Part shown: piece by piece, positions 30,288 to 40,102 of the stretch
How the letters are laid out: the number at the start of each line of letters is the position of its first letter
How positions within the stretch are numbered: the first letter of the stretch is position 1
DNA from: Pseudomonadota bacterium
GTDB lineage: Bacteria > Pseudomonadota > Alphaproteobacteria > Rhizobiales > Devosiaceae
NCBI GenBank assembly: GCA_023387585.1
Contig: JAEWHZ010000091.1
Location: 10,627 to 74,626 of the forward strand
Direction of reading: 5' to 3'
Length of the DNA: 64,000 bases
The notes under the pieces: generated by a model
Databases searched by the model: none
Seen by the model: only the letters and a program-made list of their open reading frames with translations
What the model was told of the DNA's origin: nothing
Made by a program: the position numbers and the translations under genes

Positions 30288-32552
30288 TCAGCCGGAAACG
30301 GCCTGGGGCTCGGGCGCTGCATCGCGGGCGAGAACCTGCCCGAACCAGAGGATTGCTGCTTCTCCCTCTTTGCGGGTGACTTCATCGACCGCGCGGCTGT
30401 GGCGAAGACCATTACGCAGCTCAGCCAGCTGATTGAACTTGCCAATCACGACCTCCTTACTGGCGAAGCGGGGTTCAAACTTAGCCCAAAGGGCTTTGTT
30501 GGTGATTGCCTCCTGAAGGTCGCGCAGGTCGAAATATTCCAGCTTCCGCGTCAGCGTCTGATACTGCTCGGAATCGAGTGCCGCGTTCCGCCGGACCGCC
30601 TGGCCGATGCGTTCATCAGCCTTCTGAACGAGATGCGGCGGCATCTGTCCTGCGTCTTCGACAAGCGTCTGTGCGATAACCGCGCGCAGCGTGAGTTCGA
30701 CCGCCTCGACGTTTTCGTCCAGTTCGCGCAACTGCGGCGTGAGGTCGAGCCGCTCCTTGATGAGCAGGTTCTCAATCGCGTCCTGAAGCGTGCGCTGCCG
30801 CTCCGCGATAAATGCTTCGAAATCCTCCGGACCAAAGGGATTGCGCAGAAGTATGTCAAAGGCCGCAGGTGAGATGAAGTGCGACTCTAGGATCGCGCGG
30901 ACTTGCCGCTCCCCGTTCTGAGCGATCAACTCCGGCAGATATTCATTGGGCAGGCGGTCGCTGATGACGTGGCGGTTCGTCTCTTTGGTCAGCGGTGTGC
31001 GGTTGAGGATCGAGTTGATCAGATTGCCGCTGAGATTCGCGCGCCCCCAGGAATCCGGGACGATATGGTGATCGTCGAGATCGCCGTGCTGAGGAATATT
31101 CCCGCTCATCCAGTCGCGCGCGCCTTGCAGAACCAGGAGGTTGAAAATGCCGTTATAGACGGAGGTCCCGCGCTTGGTTTCGGTACGCAGATCGAGGGTG
31201 CGGAACCGCGTCGCGAATTCACCGATCAGACTCGGCGCCGCATCGTCATTGTCAATCCATGCCTTCACATCGAGGAAATCGCGGGCGCTGGTCGATTCAA
31301 CCGACCCTGAGTAGCGCGCCGTAAAGACAGAAGCCCAATACCAGTGCCTGATCTTGCGCTGCGCATCGAGCCTGCGGTTGACCTCGATCGTGCGGACATG
31401 CGCCTGAAGCGCGGAGAATACCGGCAGGATCGATACGTAAGGCAGATAGTTCGACGAGGCGACCCCGAATTCATGCGGATGCCGCAGCATCCCGACTGCC
31501 AATTCCAGTGCCGTAACCGCGCCATCCCATCGTTGGCGGAATTCATCGACAGAGTGGATTAGCACTTCGCTGCGACGCGTTCCGTCCGGATCACGGACCT
31601 GCTTTTCCTGTCCGGGTAGCAAAAAATAGAGATACTTCGGCGAGCAATAATTCTGCCGGAGAATGGACATTACCTGAAGGATATAGACGTTGGTCTTGTC
31701 GCTTTCGATGAACGAAAAACGTGGGGCTGCATCACGCCACAACTGCTTTAGCTGAAGGCCTTTTGGCTTCAAGAGAGCATTGATCAGATCGAACACATCA
31801 AGGCGAATGCCCTTGCTGTTGATCTGGGTGAAGATATCGCACACTTTGTCGACGGGCAGCGACCTGTCTAGCTCTACATACGAAACCTGGTACTGCTCCG
31901 TAATGCTCTTAAGGTGTTCACCAAACGCTTGGGCATTTACAGCGTGATTGGCTGCGATCCGCGCCTGTTCGTCCTTACCCTCAGCCTTGGCGGCGCTTTC
32001 CTGCTCTTCCCAATATTTCTTGTAGCCCTGAACCCAGTTGGGCAAATCCCACCCGCCTGCCCCCACGACCGACAGCGGGAAAATGTGGCTAGCGTATTGC
32101 TGCGTCTCGTTCTTGAGAAGTTTGGCCCAGCGATTGGTCAGCCGATCGTAGCCGAATGCCTCGTCATGCATCTCCGCCATGAATTTATCGACATGGATGA
32201 AATAAACGAACCGGCTGGTCCGATTGGGCAGTGGCAGATCAGGCGCAAAGAAGGCGTAATACATGGCCGTCAGACGCTGCTGACCATCGAGAACGATGTA
32301 CTCGCGGCTATTCTGTCCCTTATAACCGTATAGGTTCTCGCAGGAGAGAGCCTCGTAGTTCTCCTTGGTGCCTTTCCACAGCAGTAGGCTGCCGATGTAA
32401 TAATCGAGGAAGATCGAACGCATCAGATCGCGGATATCCCAAGGACGCCACTCGAACTCCCGCTGGAAATCCGGGATCACGAAGCGACCTTCGCGCAGCC
32501 GCTGAATGAGCGTGTTGATGCTGATATGATCCGGCTTCTGCGCGTCTTTCAT
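30288..32552 (-). CDS. DUF262 (GmrS-like) + HNH-like + HEPN-like fusion protein
   Basis: IPDFQREFEW, VLDGQQRLT, FTQINSKG; DDHHIVP...NSILNRTPL; C-terminal RNGLRH (Rx4H). Confidence 0.8.
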   Translation of the reverse strand: MKDAQKPDHISINTLIQRLREGRFVIPDFQREFEWRPWDIRDLMRSIFLDYYIGSLLLWKGTKENYEALSCENLYGYKGQNSREYIVLDGQQRLTAMYYAFFAPDLPLPNRTSRFVYFIHVDKFMAEMHDEAFGYDRLTNRWAKLLKNETQQYASHIFPLSVVGAGGWDLPNWVQGYKKYWEEQESAAKAEGKDEQARIAANHAVNAQAFGEHLKSITEQYQVSYVELDRSLPVDKVCDIFTQINSKGIRLDVFDLINALLKPKGLQLKQLWRDAAPRFSFIESDKTNVYILQVMSILRQNYCSPKYLYFLLPGQEKQVRDPDGTRRSEVLIHSVDEFRQRWDGAVTALELAVGMLRHPHEFGVASSNYLPYVSILPVFSALQAHVRTIEVNRRLDAQRKIRHWYWASVFTARYSGSVESTSARDFLDVKAWIDNDDAAPSLIGEFATRFRTLDLRTETKRGTSVYNGIFNLLVLQGARDWMSGNIPQHGDLDDHHIVPDSWGRANLSGNLINSILNRTPLTKETNRHVISDRLPNEYLPELIAQNGERQVRAILESHFISPAAFDILLRNPFGPEDFEAFIAERQRTLQDAIENLLIKERLDLTPQLRELDENVEAVELTLRAVIAQTLVEDAGQMPPHLVQKADERIGQAVRRNAALDSEQYQTLTRKLEYFDLRDLQEAITNKALWAKFEPRFASKEVVIGKFNQLAELRNGLRHSRAVDEVTRKEGEAAILWFGQVLARDAAPEPQAVSG

Positions 32553-32581
32553 GTTCCCTCAAAGTCTGAATGTCGTTTTGG

Positions 32582-35500
32582 TTACCCTGCGCGCTTTATG
32601 ATTTCCTCGACGATAGCAGGGCGGACATAGGGACCGTTGAGAACTTCAACTTCGTCCCCTTGTTCGGCGCCCAGCAGCGCCTTCGCGATTGGCGCCTCGT
32701 GATGGATGACTCCCTGGCCGAGATCACTCTTCGCGGTGCTGATGGTGAGCATCAGCACCTTGCAATCGCCGTTCAGATAGCGAACGCGCACTGTGTCTCC
32801 AATGGCGACACCCCGGTCGTTGGCCGGTTTGGGAGCTTCGGCGGATTGTGGCCGCAGGGAGAACATCGGCAGCTCTGCCTGAGGAGCCATATCACGTCTT
32901 GGCAACTCGATAGGGGTCGTGCTTTCGGCGGGAACAGGCTGGGTCAGGAACTCTGCCTCACGTGCCTTTAGCGCTTTCATGCGCATCGCGATTACCTCGC
33001 GGATGCGCTCTGCTTCTCGGCGTGGGTTGTTGAACCAGTCCGTGGACCAGATGCGGTGGAAGTGCCATCCAAGTCGTTCAAGGACTTCCTGACGCAGGCG
33101 GTCACGGTCACGCGCCGACTTCGCGGAATGGTAACTTGCACCGTCGCATTCCACGCCCAGGATGAAGCCGTGAGGCCAGTCCGGGTGCTTCACGCCGATG
33201 TCGATAAAATACCCTGCCACGCCTACCTGCGGGACCGGCTCGCAGCCCATCGCCCGGATTTGGTCCATGACAAAAACTTCGAATTCTGAATCAGGCTCCT
33301 TAGCTGTGTTGGTGCCGCCATCAAGAACCGCGGTCGCCGCATATTCCAGCCAGCGCTTGAGCATGTACGCGCCAGCGTTGCCGTTCTCCTCTGCGACAAT
33401 GTCCGCAGCAGTCATGGATGAGAAGGTGACGATCTTTTCTTTGGCGCGCGAAAACAGCACGTTGAGGCGGCGTTTGCCTGCCAGGCCGTTGATCGGGCCG
33501 AAACGCTGCGCCACCTTGCCGCCCTGGACCTCGGGTCCATAAACGGTGCCTATGAAAATAACGTCGCGCTCGTCACCCTGTACGTTCTCAAGGTTCTTGA
33601 TGAAGAACTCCTCCAACCCATCATGCTGGAGCTTCCACGCATCGACGTAGGCCTGCGCATGGCGATCGCGGCCAAGGGCGTACTCAAATTCCTCGGCAAT
33701 GAGATCACGCTGCTTCTGATTCAGCGTGACAATCCCCAGTGAGCGGTTGGGGTCGGTCCCCATGAATTCCAAGGCAGCATCGACCATGATGCGTGCTTCG
33801 GTCGCATTTGTCCCGGCCTTATAGAGCCCGTCTACTTTGCGATACTCCACGCCCATGCGGGCCATGGATTCCGTGGCAGAAGGAAAGACGATCAGGTCGT
33901 CGTTATAGACCAGCCTGTTCGAGAACTTGATCAGGCCGGAATGGCGCGAACGATAGTGCCAGCGCAGGCGGCGCGCCGGTCGGAACGTGGCATTGGCCAT
34001 TTCCAGGATCGATTCATTGAGAACGGCATCATCCTCGTCTGCCTCCTCATCATCGATCATCTTTCTGAAGAAGCTCGACGGCGGCAGCTGATTGGTATCG
34101 CCCACGACAACGGTCTGTTTGCAGCGCAGAAGCGCTCCGATCGCCGCTTCCGGCGGCATCTGGGAGGCTTCGTCGATGATGCAGAGATCGAAGTTCAATG
34201 CGCCCTTCGGCACGTATTGTGCGACCGCAAGCGGCGACATCATCCAGCATGGCTTGAGCTCGAGCAGGGCTTTTCCAGCGCGCTGGGTGAGGTCACGCAC
34301 CGAGATGAAGCGCTGCTGCTTGTTGATCTCATTGTCGATGAGCGCCATTTGCGTCCAAGTGGATTTCTTTCCCATCCCGTTGCCATACGGCGGCTTGGCC
34401 TCGGCATGTATCTTCCAGCGAAGCTGTTTTTGCGCGAGCTTGATGATTTCCTTGTCTTGGCGGGCGAGCGCGGCGCGCAGCTCATCAAGGCGGGAACCGG
34501 GATAGCGGGCGAGCTTCTTGCCATGTTCTGCATAGGCGGACCGGGCGAGCTTGCGGATAGCCAGCGCCTCAAACTGTGCGGCAAGATCGGTCGGCGTACC
34601 CGACGCCATACGATACTCCACCAGCGGATAGGTCCCGGTGTCGCTCAATTCGACAAGAGCCGTGGCCAGTGCCGCGTGGGCGAACAGACCTTCCGCATCG
34701 TGCGACGCTGCATCGAGCGCAGCAGCGCTGCCAATCTCATCGCGATTATCAGTAAACGCTCTGGTATCAATGTGCGCAACGCCGCTGAGGCTCGCGAGAA
34801 GATCATCCACCTGCTCGTGCGCGCGGCGGACTGCCTCGATCTGATTGGCAGCCTTCGCGGCATCGCTGCCACGCAGGACGTCGGCAAGCTGTTCGGCGAA
34901 GGGCGCTGCCGCCTGTGCCCAGGTGCAGGCAGGCTTAAGCGGCGCGGTCTCCGTGCGGCTTCCGGCAAAGCGATCCCCGAGCATCGTGGCTACGCCGCGA
35001 TCATCATCAAGGGCCGCGCGCCGTTCGAAGAAAATTGTCATCTTCTCGATTAGGCTGCCCAGTGAGCCCGGGCTGACGGATGCGGGAACACGAAATATCG
35101 ATAGGAGCGGACGCAGATCTTCGAGAGCGCCGTCCAGCGCTGCAATCCGACGTTCAGCGTCCACAACATCCTTTTGCAGGGTCGCCAGTGTATCTACCGG
35201 GGTGTCAGTTGGGATAGATGGGACTGCTTCCAGCTCGTCTAAGTCCGCGTCACGCAGGAAATTGCGCAAAGCGCGCAGCTCCGGCCCGGCAAGTACGCTC
35301 TGAGTAGACGCATAATATGTCGCCAGCTTCTCGAAAGGTGCAAACTCCGTATCAACGCCCCTGAAATGCAACCCAAACAGCGCTGCTGCCTGTGGGTTCA
35401 GCTGGAAGGCTCGTTCCCGGCTCCGGTAGCCCGCGAGCTTTTCGAGGCGATCCAGCACATCCTGTTTATCGAAGCGTTGGGCCAAAGACAGCGATCGTGC

Positions 35501-37996
35501 CAGTCGCTTGGCATTGCGGTAGCTGCCTGAGAAGGCGGCAAATAGACCGCCCGCGCGCAGGGCGGCGATTGCGCCGCTCAACGTCTCAACCGGAGCGTCA
35601 ACGCTTAACGAAACCTGTTTGGAAAGCTCAGCACGTTCTGCCTGAAGGCTCCGGCCTTCCGTGATCAACTTCTGAAACAGCGGTAATGCCGATGGATCAT
35701 TCGTGGCCGTGTTACGGCACATCAGCGCCTCACGCCCAGCGGCATAAATCGCCTGCGCCGCTCGACCAACGGCAGCAAGGTTCCATTCAGCGGCTTCCGG
35801 TTTCACGCTGATCAGCGGCGCCATCCTGTTGGCGAGTCCGCGCGAGATTTGCAGCGTCTCGCGCTTGGTTGCTAAGTCCGTCTGAAGCGCGTTCCAGTCC
35901 AGCGTCTCAATACCATTGCTGCGGCAAATCGCACGAACGCGCTCCATATCCGTGCGAACCGTCTCTGTCGCATCAGCTGCCAGCACGGATGCGAACTCTT
36001 GTTCGGTCGAGGCATGCGCCTCACAGTCTTTGATGAATGTCGCCAAACGCGCGGCGGCATCTTTAGCAAGTAGCGCTAGATGCAGATCAGGCTTAGTTTC
36101 GGTCAGGGCGGCGAGACCGCGAAGCGCCTCTAAAAGGGCAGTAAGATCCTGTTCAGCCGCACCGCGATCAATCCCGTAGTCCGGCAGAAGGTCACGAGCG
36201 ACTGCCAGCGTTCGGAAGGCCTCGGAGGCTCTCGCTGCCAAATTGCAGGCCTCCTCCACGGTGAAGCGCTCCGCATGCGTGAGGCCTGTGGCTTTCCAGT
36301 GAGGCTTGGCGGCGGCAGCTAGCTCTGCGGCCTTTTCCACCGCATCTCCAAGTGCGCGCAGGCGCCCAATACCGGCCTTATGAAGGTAGGTCTCAGGGAT
36401 ATCCGATTGCTCAATTACCTGCGCCGGAACAGCGTCCAACCGCGCAGCTGTCGCAATGCTTCGACTGAGGATCTCGTGGATCGTCATGCCGCTCGCACCA
36501 AAGCTAAGCGTTAGAAGGTCGATGTAGTCGGCAAGCTGCTTGCGGATACGGCGGTACTCCGCGATCTGGTCGTCATAGTCGCGCACGTTGACGGGTCTGC
36601 GCATTTCCACACGGCTGCGCACCGACTCTATAACTTGCTCGCGTGTCGACCGCTCCGCTTGCAGTGGCAGCAGGAATTCTCCAAGACCGACGGCTTCCAG
36701 GCGGGCACGTACAACGTTAAGCGCGGCGAGCTTCTCCGCGACAAACAGAACCTTCTTGCCTTCCGCCAGTGCCGCTGCGATAGCATTCACGATAGTCTGC
36801 GACTTGCCCGTGCCGGGAGGACCTTCAACGGCCAGGTTCTTGCCGTTTGCGATATCAACGAGCGTGCTGAATTGGGAGGAGTCCGCGTCCATCACCACGC
36901 AGGGCACGCTGCTTTCAATCGCTGGCTCGTCTACGTTATACTCTTCAGCGAAGGGGGACGACGTCTCGGTGTTCGAACCGCCAAGCAGAGACCGGACAAT
37001 CTCGCTGTCTGGAAAAGCCGGGTGTTTGGGATCGATGTCATGGTACATTGCCATTCGAGCCGACGGAAACACACCGATCGCAACCTGGCGGCGGACCTTC
37101 CAGACAATCTGACGCGGCGCGATTTCAGCGATGGTGTTCAGATAATCTTCAACTGACGCGCCCTCGAACGGTGGCAGCTCAATGCCGAACTCAATACGCA
37201 TTTTCTCGGCAAGGACGGCGTTGATCTCGGGCTCTTCGCCCGTCCCCGTGATGCGGAACTCAACCCCTTCGCGCGTACGCTTTTTTTCAATCTGCGCACT
37301 GCAAAGGACGAGCGGCGCATAAGATGTATCGGTCTGGTTGGGCTCCGCCCATTCGAGAAAGCCATAAGCGACGTGCAGGACGTTGATACCAGTTTCCTGA
37401 ATCCATGTCCGGCATTTGGATGTGATGTTGTTCAGCTTACGCTCTAGATCCTTCGGGAGAAGAAGGGTTTGAATGTCGTCATCGGTGTGCCGCTCTTCTT
37501 CGACTTCGCCATCGGGTTCAGGAAGGTCATAAGACGGCGTGATACCGTTGTTGCGTGCGTGCTGCGCGAGGTTAATATCCGCCTGCTTGGGGCGGGGCGG
37601 CATACGAAGATCATCGCGAATACGGTCCTTGAGGGCGCGCTCGATATGGCGGGTCCGGTCAAGATAATCGTCCGCATCCCGTTCGATTGATTCTAGGTCT
37701 TTGAGATAGGCATCGTCGGTAAGCCGCGCATTCGCGAGCGCGTCGCGGAACGCTTTGGACTCTTCATCGCGGGGATCATCGTCAATCTCGGGCAGCGGAA
37801 TAAGCCGCATCTCTTGCCCATTGTTAAGTTTGTAGAAGAGAACGTCGGGCAGCTCATCGACCACCCGGATGTGGGCGTTGGAGCGCGGCGAAAGTTTCGT
37901 TGCGAGAAGCGGATTGCGACGGCTGAGATCGAGCAGCTTCGGGCGAAGATGCTCGATTTTATGCTTCACTAACTCCTGTAATTCAGTCGCTGTCAT
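32582..37996 (-). CDS. DUF4011-SF1 helicase-Vsr-like nuclease-GreA/B C-domain protein (Hhe-like defence)
   Basis: KLLDLSRRNPLL; GPPGTGKSQT; DEASQ; ENVQGDERD; GVECDGASYHS...RIWSTDW; EAPIAKALLGAEQGDEVEV. Confidence 0.85.
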   Translation of the reverse strand: MTATELQELVKHKIEHLRPKLLDLSRRNPLLATKLSPRSNAHIRVVDELPDVLFYKLNNGQEMRLIPLPEIDDDPRDEESKAFRDALANARLTDDAYLKDLESIERDADDYLDRTRHIERALKDRIRDDLRMPPRPKQADINLAQHARNNGITPSYDLPEPDGEVEEERHTDDDIQTLLLPKDLERKLNNITSKCRTWIQETGINVLHVAYGFLEWAEPNQTDTSYAPLVLCSAQIEKKRTREGVEFRITGTGEEPEINAVLAEKMRIEFGIELPPFEGASVEDYLNTIAEIAPRQIVWKVRRQVAIGVFPSARMAMYHDIDPKHPAFPDSEIVRSLLGGSNTETSSPFAEEYNVDEPAIESSVPCVVMDADSSQFSTLVDIANGKNLAVEGPPGTGKSQTIVNAIAAALAEGKKVLFVAEKLAALNVVRARLEAVGLGEFLLPLQAERSTREQVIESVRSRVEMRRPVNVRDYDDQIAEYRRIRKQLADYIDLLTLSFGASGMTIHEILSRSIATAARLDAVPAQVIEQSDIPETYLHKAGIGRLRALGDAVEKAAELAAAAKPHWKATGLTHAERFTVEEACNLAARASEAFRTLAVARDLLPDYGIDRGAAEQDLTALLEALRGLAALTETKPDLHLALLAKDAAARLATFIKDCEAHASTEQEFASVLAADATETVRTDMERVRAICRSNGIETLDWNALQTDLATKRETLQISRGLANRMAPLISVKPEAAEWNLAAVGRAAQAIYAAGREALMCRNTATNDPSALPLFQKLITEGRSLQAERAELSKQVSLSVDAPVETLSGAIAALRAGGLFAAFSGSYRNAKRLARSLSLAQRFDKQDVLDRLEKLAGYRSRERAFQLNPQAAALFGLHFRGVDTEFAPFEKLATYYASTQSVLAGPELRALRNFLRDADLDELEAVPSIPTDTPVDTLATLQKDVVDAERRIAALDGALEDLRPLLSIFRVPASVSPGSLGSLIEKMTIFFERRAALDDDRGVATMLGDRFAGSRTETAPLKPACTWAQAAAPFAEQLADVLRGSDAAKAANQIEAVRRAHEQVDDLLASLSGVAHIDTRAFTDNRDEIGSAAALDAASHDAEGLFAHAALATALVELSDTGTYPLVEYRMASGTPTDLAAQFEALAIRKLARSAYAEHGKKLARYPGSRLDELRAALARQDKEIIKLAQKQLRWKIHAEAKPPYGNGMGKKSTWTQMALIDNEINKQQRFISVRDLTQRAGKALLELKPCWMMSPLAVAQYVPKGALNFDLCIIDEASQMPPEAAIGALLRCKQTVVVGDTNQLPPSSFFRKMIDDEEADEDDAVLNESILEMANATFRPARRLRWHYRSRHSGLIKFSNRLVYNDDLIVFPSATESMARMGVEYRKVDGLYKAGTNATEARIMVDAALEFMGTDPNRSLGIVTLNQKQRDLIAEEFEYALGRDRHAQAYVDAWKLQHDGLEEFFIKNLENVQGDERDVIFIGTVYGPEVQGGKVAQRFGPINGLAGKRRLNVLFSRAKEKIVTFSSMTAADIVAEENGNAGAYMLKRWLEYAATAVLDGGTNTAKEPDSEFEVFVMDQIRAMGCEPVPQVGVAGYFIDIGVKHPDWPHGFILGVECDGASYHSAKSARDRDRLRQEVLERLGWHFHRIWSTDWFNNPRREAERIREVIAMRMKALKAREAEFLTQPVPAESTTPIELPRRDMAPQAELPMFSLRPQSAEAPKPANDRGVAIGDTVRVRYLNGDCKVLMLTISTAKSDLGQGVIHHEAPIAKALLGAEQGDEVEVLNGPYVRPAIVEEIIKRAG

Positions 37997-38208
37997 GCTC
38001 CCCCTGTCCCCTACGAAAAAACGTTAGCAACAACGGCTGATGCAAACAACGAATAACCCCGGGATCATACCGGCATTTGCAGTAACTTATTGAAAAATAT
38101 GGATATTCATTCAATCTCTCGATCTTGCCCAAACCATCACAGAACCACCATTCGAAGATTGTGCGCTTTCGCGAGCATCCGAATGCAGGAACCAGGCGGA
38201 CACGAGCC

Positions 38209-39120
38209 CTAGGCAGTCACTTTCTGCCGCGCCGTGGCGCGGTAGGGATCTCCGCCGTTTCCTGCGAGATCGATGTGGTAGCGCCGTGCGTCTAGAATCT
38301 CGAGGAGTTTTGCCTCGTCCGTGGTGCGGCACTGGAGGCGCCCGTTGGCAAGTACCTTGAACTTGATCCCATGTTGCGCGGCATGCGCCTCGATTACAGG
38401 CCGCTGAAAATGTGCGAGGTTGGGGTTGGCGGCAATGGACGCCGCATGCCGGGCCATACGTGGATGACGCTCGATATCCGCAGCGATCCTGCTCAGATCA
38501 AGAAACGTCACGGCGTCCTGAATAGACTGAATCTTCGCTTTCGCGGTCGCTGCGACGTGTTGGACTATTTTGGCGACCTGTTCCATGGAACGCACATTGA
38601 GAATGAAGACGTTAGCCTCCGTCACAATGACATCGAACTCCGTGTCGAGGTGCAGAACATCATCTTGGATCAAGACAAGCGTATCATCGACCAGCCGCAT
38701 CAACCGATTTCGTGCATTTAATGTCCCTTTGAGCCTCGTCGCCTTACGTATGGCGACCGCTCGTCTATTCTGTGCATCCCTGAACTCCGCAAAATAATAG
38801 TCTACATCGTGAGCGTGATTGTGAATATCAGTCAAATCGGCGAGAGTTCCTGCCTGATAGATAGCGGACAGCTCTGCCATGAATTCGCTATTACGCGGCG
38901 CGTAAACCTTGCGACGATCGCCGTAATCCTCCGAAATGTCGTGGGGTTCCCAGTTTCCGGGAAGCGCCGCCAACGCATTGCGCGTGGTTCTGAGCGTTGC
39001 CTTCAGCGCCTCCTTCGTCGCTGGATCGGTTGGGATGAAATGCATGTTGCCGTTGCTGCGCAACGAGACGCCAAAATTTACTGAGGTGATGTTTTGAAAA
39101 TCAAATGCCTGATCAATCAT
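38209..39120 (-). CDS. kwaB: Kiwa anti-phage protein KwaB (DUF4868-like)
   Basis: 303-aa soluble protein overlapping a small 4-TM gene; YYFAEF...AIRKAT and LLEILDARRY resemble KwaB. Confidence 0.7.
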   Translation of the reverse strand: MIDQAFDFQNITSVNFGVSLRSNGNMHFIPTDPATKEALKATLRTTRNALAALPGNWEPHDISEDYGDRRKVYAPRNSEFMAELSAIYQAGTLADLTDIHNHAHDVDYYFAEFRDAQNRRAVAIRKATRLKGTLNARNRLMRLVDDTLVLIQDDVLHLDTEFDVIVTEANVFILNVRSMEQVAKIVQHVAATAKAKIQSIQDAVTFLDLSRIAADIERHPRMARHAASIAANPNLAHFQRPVIEAHAAQHGIKFKVLANGRLQCRTTDEAKLLEILDARRYHIDLAGNGGDPYRATARQKVTA

Positions 39121-39694
39121 CGTTTTTATCCACCAGCACGTTCCCTCCCAACCTGTATCCGGTCAGCGGCGCGCCTTCGGGCAGATCGTGCCGACGCGAT
39201 ATCACAACGAAAGTCGTCAGCCTTTCCTGTCCCCTGTCCGCGTTCGTGGTCCCGAGCTTAGCTTCGACCGTGTAAATCCGGTAACCTCGGATCGCGAAGA
39301 TCAGGTTCATATAATGTAGCCGCATGTGCCAGAACAAGAACATGACGAACATCAACGCGAATGCTACGGCAACCGTATCGCGAATACCGCCAAGGTTTGC
39401 ATCGAAAAGTGGTATGAGCATCGCGAACAGGTAGGTCAGAAGGTGCTCCCGCTGATCGCGCGCGCTGTGAACGTCGATTGTCTTGACATTCTCACTCTTG
39501 CGGGCGCGGTGGAAAAACCAGATCAGGAGGATCGTAGGTAGCAGGAAGAGTCCTAGGCAAACTGGCACCCATACGCGGTCATCGACAGCCTCCACGCCCC
39601 GGATCGCCCAGAGCAGAAAAACTGGGCTCAGGCTGGATCAAACCAGTATAAATCTTGGAAAACCAAGACCTTCACTTACTCGTTGTGTTGTCAT
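39113..39694 (-). pseudogene. kwaA: Kiwa membrane protein KwaA interrupted by in-frame TGA at codon 19
   Basis: MTTQRVSEGLGFPRFILV*SSLSPVFLLWAIRG continues in frame into ORF 39113-39595 (HLLTYLFAMLIP, HYMNLIFAIRGYRIY); TGA at 39640-39638. Confidence 0.7.
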
Positions 39695-40102
39695 ACTCCG
39701 AACCGTCCAACTTTCGGGGGGATGTGTCAACAAAGACGCATGTTCTCGATATTTAGTCCGGGCGCGCCGCTTCGCGACCGGGCTGTCGTGAACGCAGCCG
39801 CCGTTCCGGCGTCTGCCGCCATCCGGCTTCCATCCCTCGCGCAGATGCGATGGCAGCCTTCGGCTGACCTTTTCCTTGATTGGGGCCTGCGGCCCCCAGG
39901 CCGTCAAGGCTGAACCCTCCGCTATGGCTTCGGGCGGAATCCGCCGGGCCGTGTAGTCCGCCTTCACTACGTTCGGCTTCCGGCCCGCTCCACCCCGGTT
40001 CCCCCTCCGGGGCGGTTTCCGGCCTGTGACGGCCAACCCCCGCTCATTGCCGCTTGGCTAGTCGGTTGCATGCGCAACCCACTACCAACTGGAGAAAAGG
40101 CA

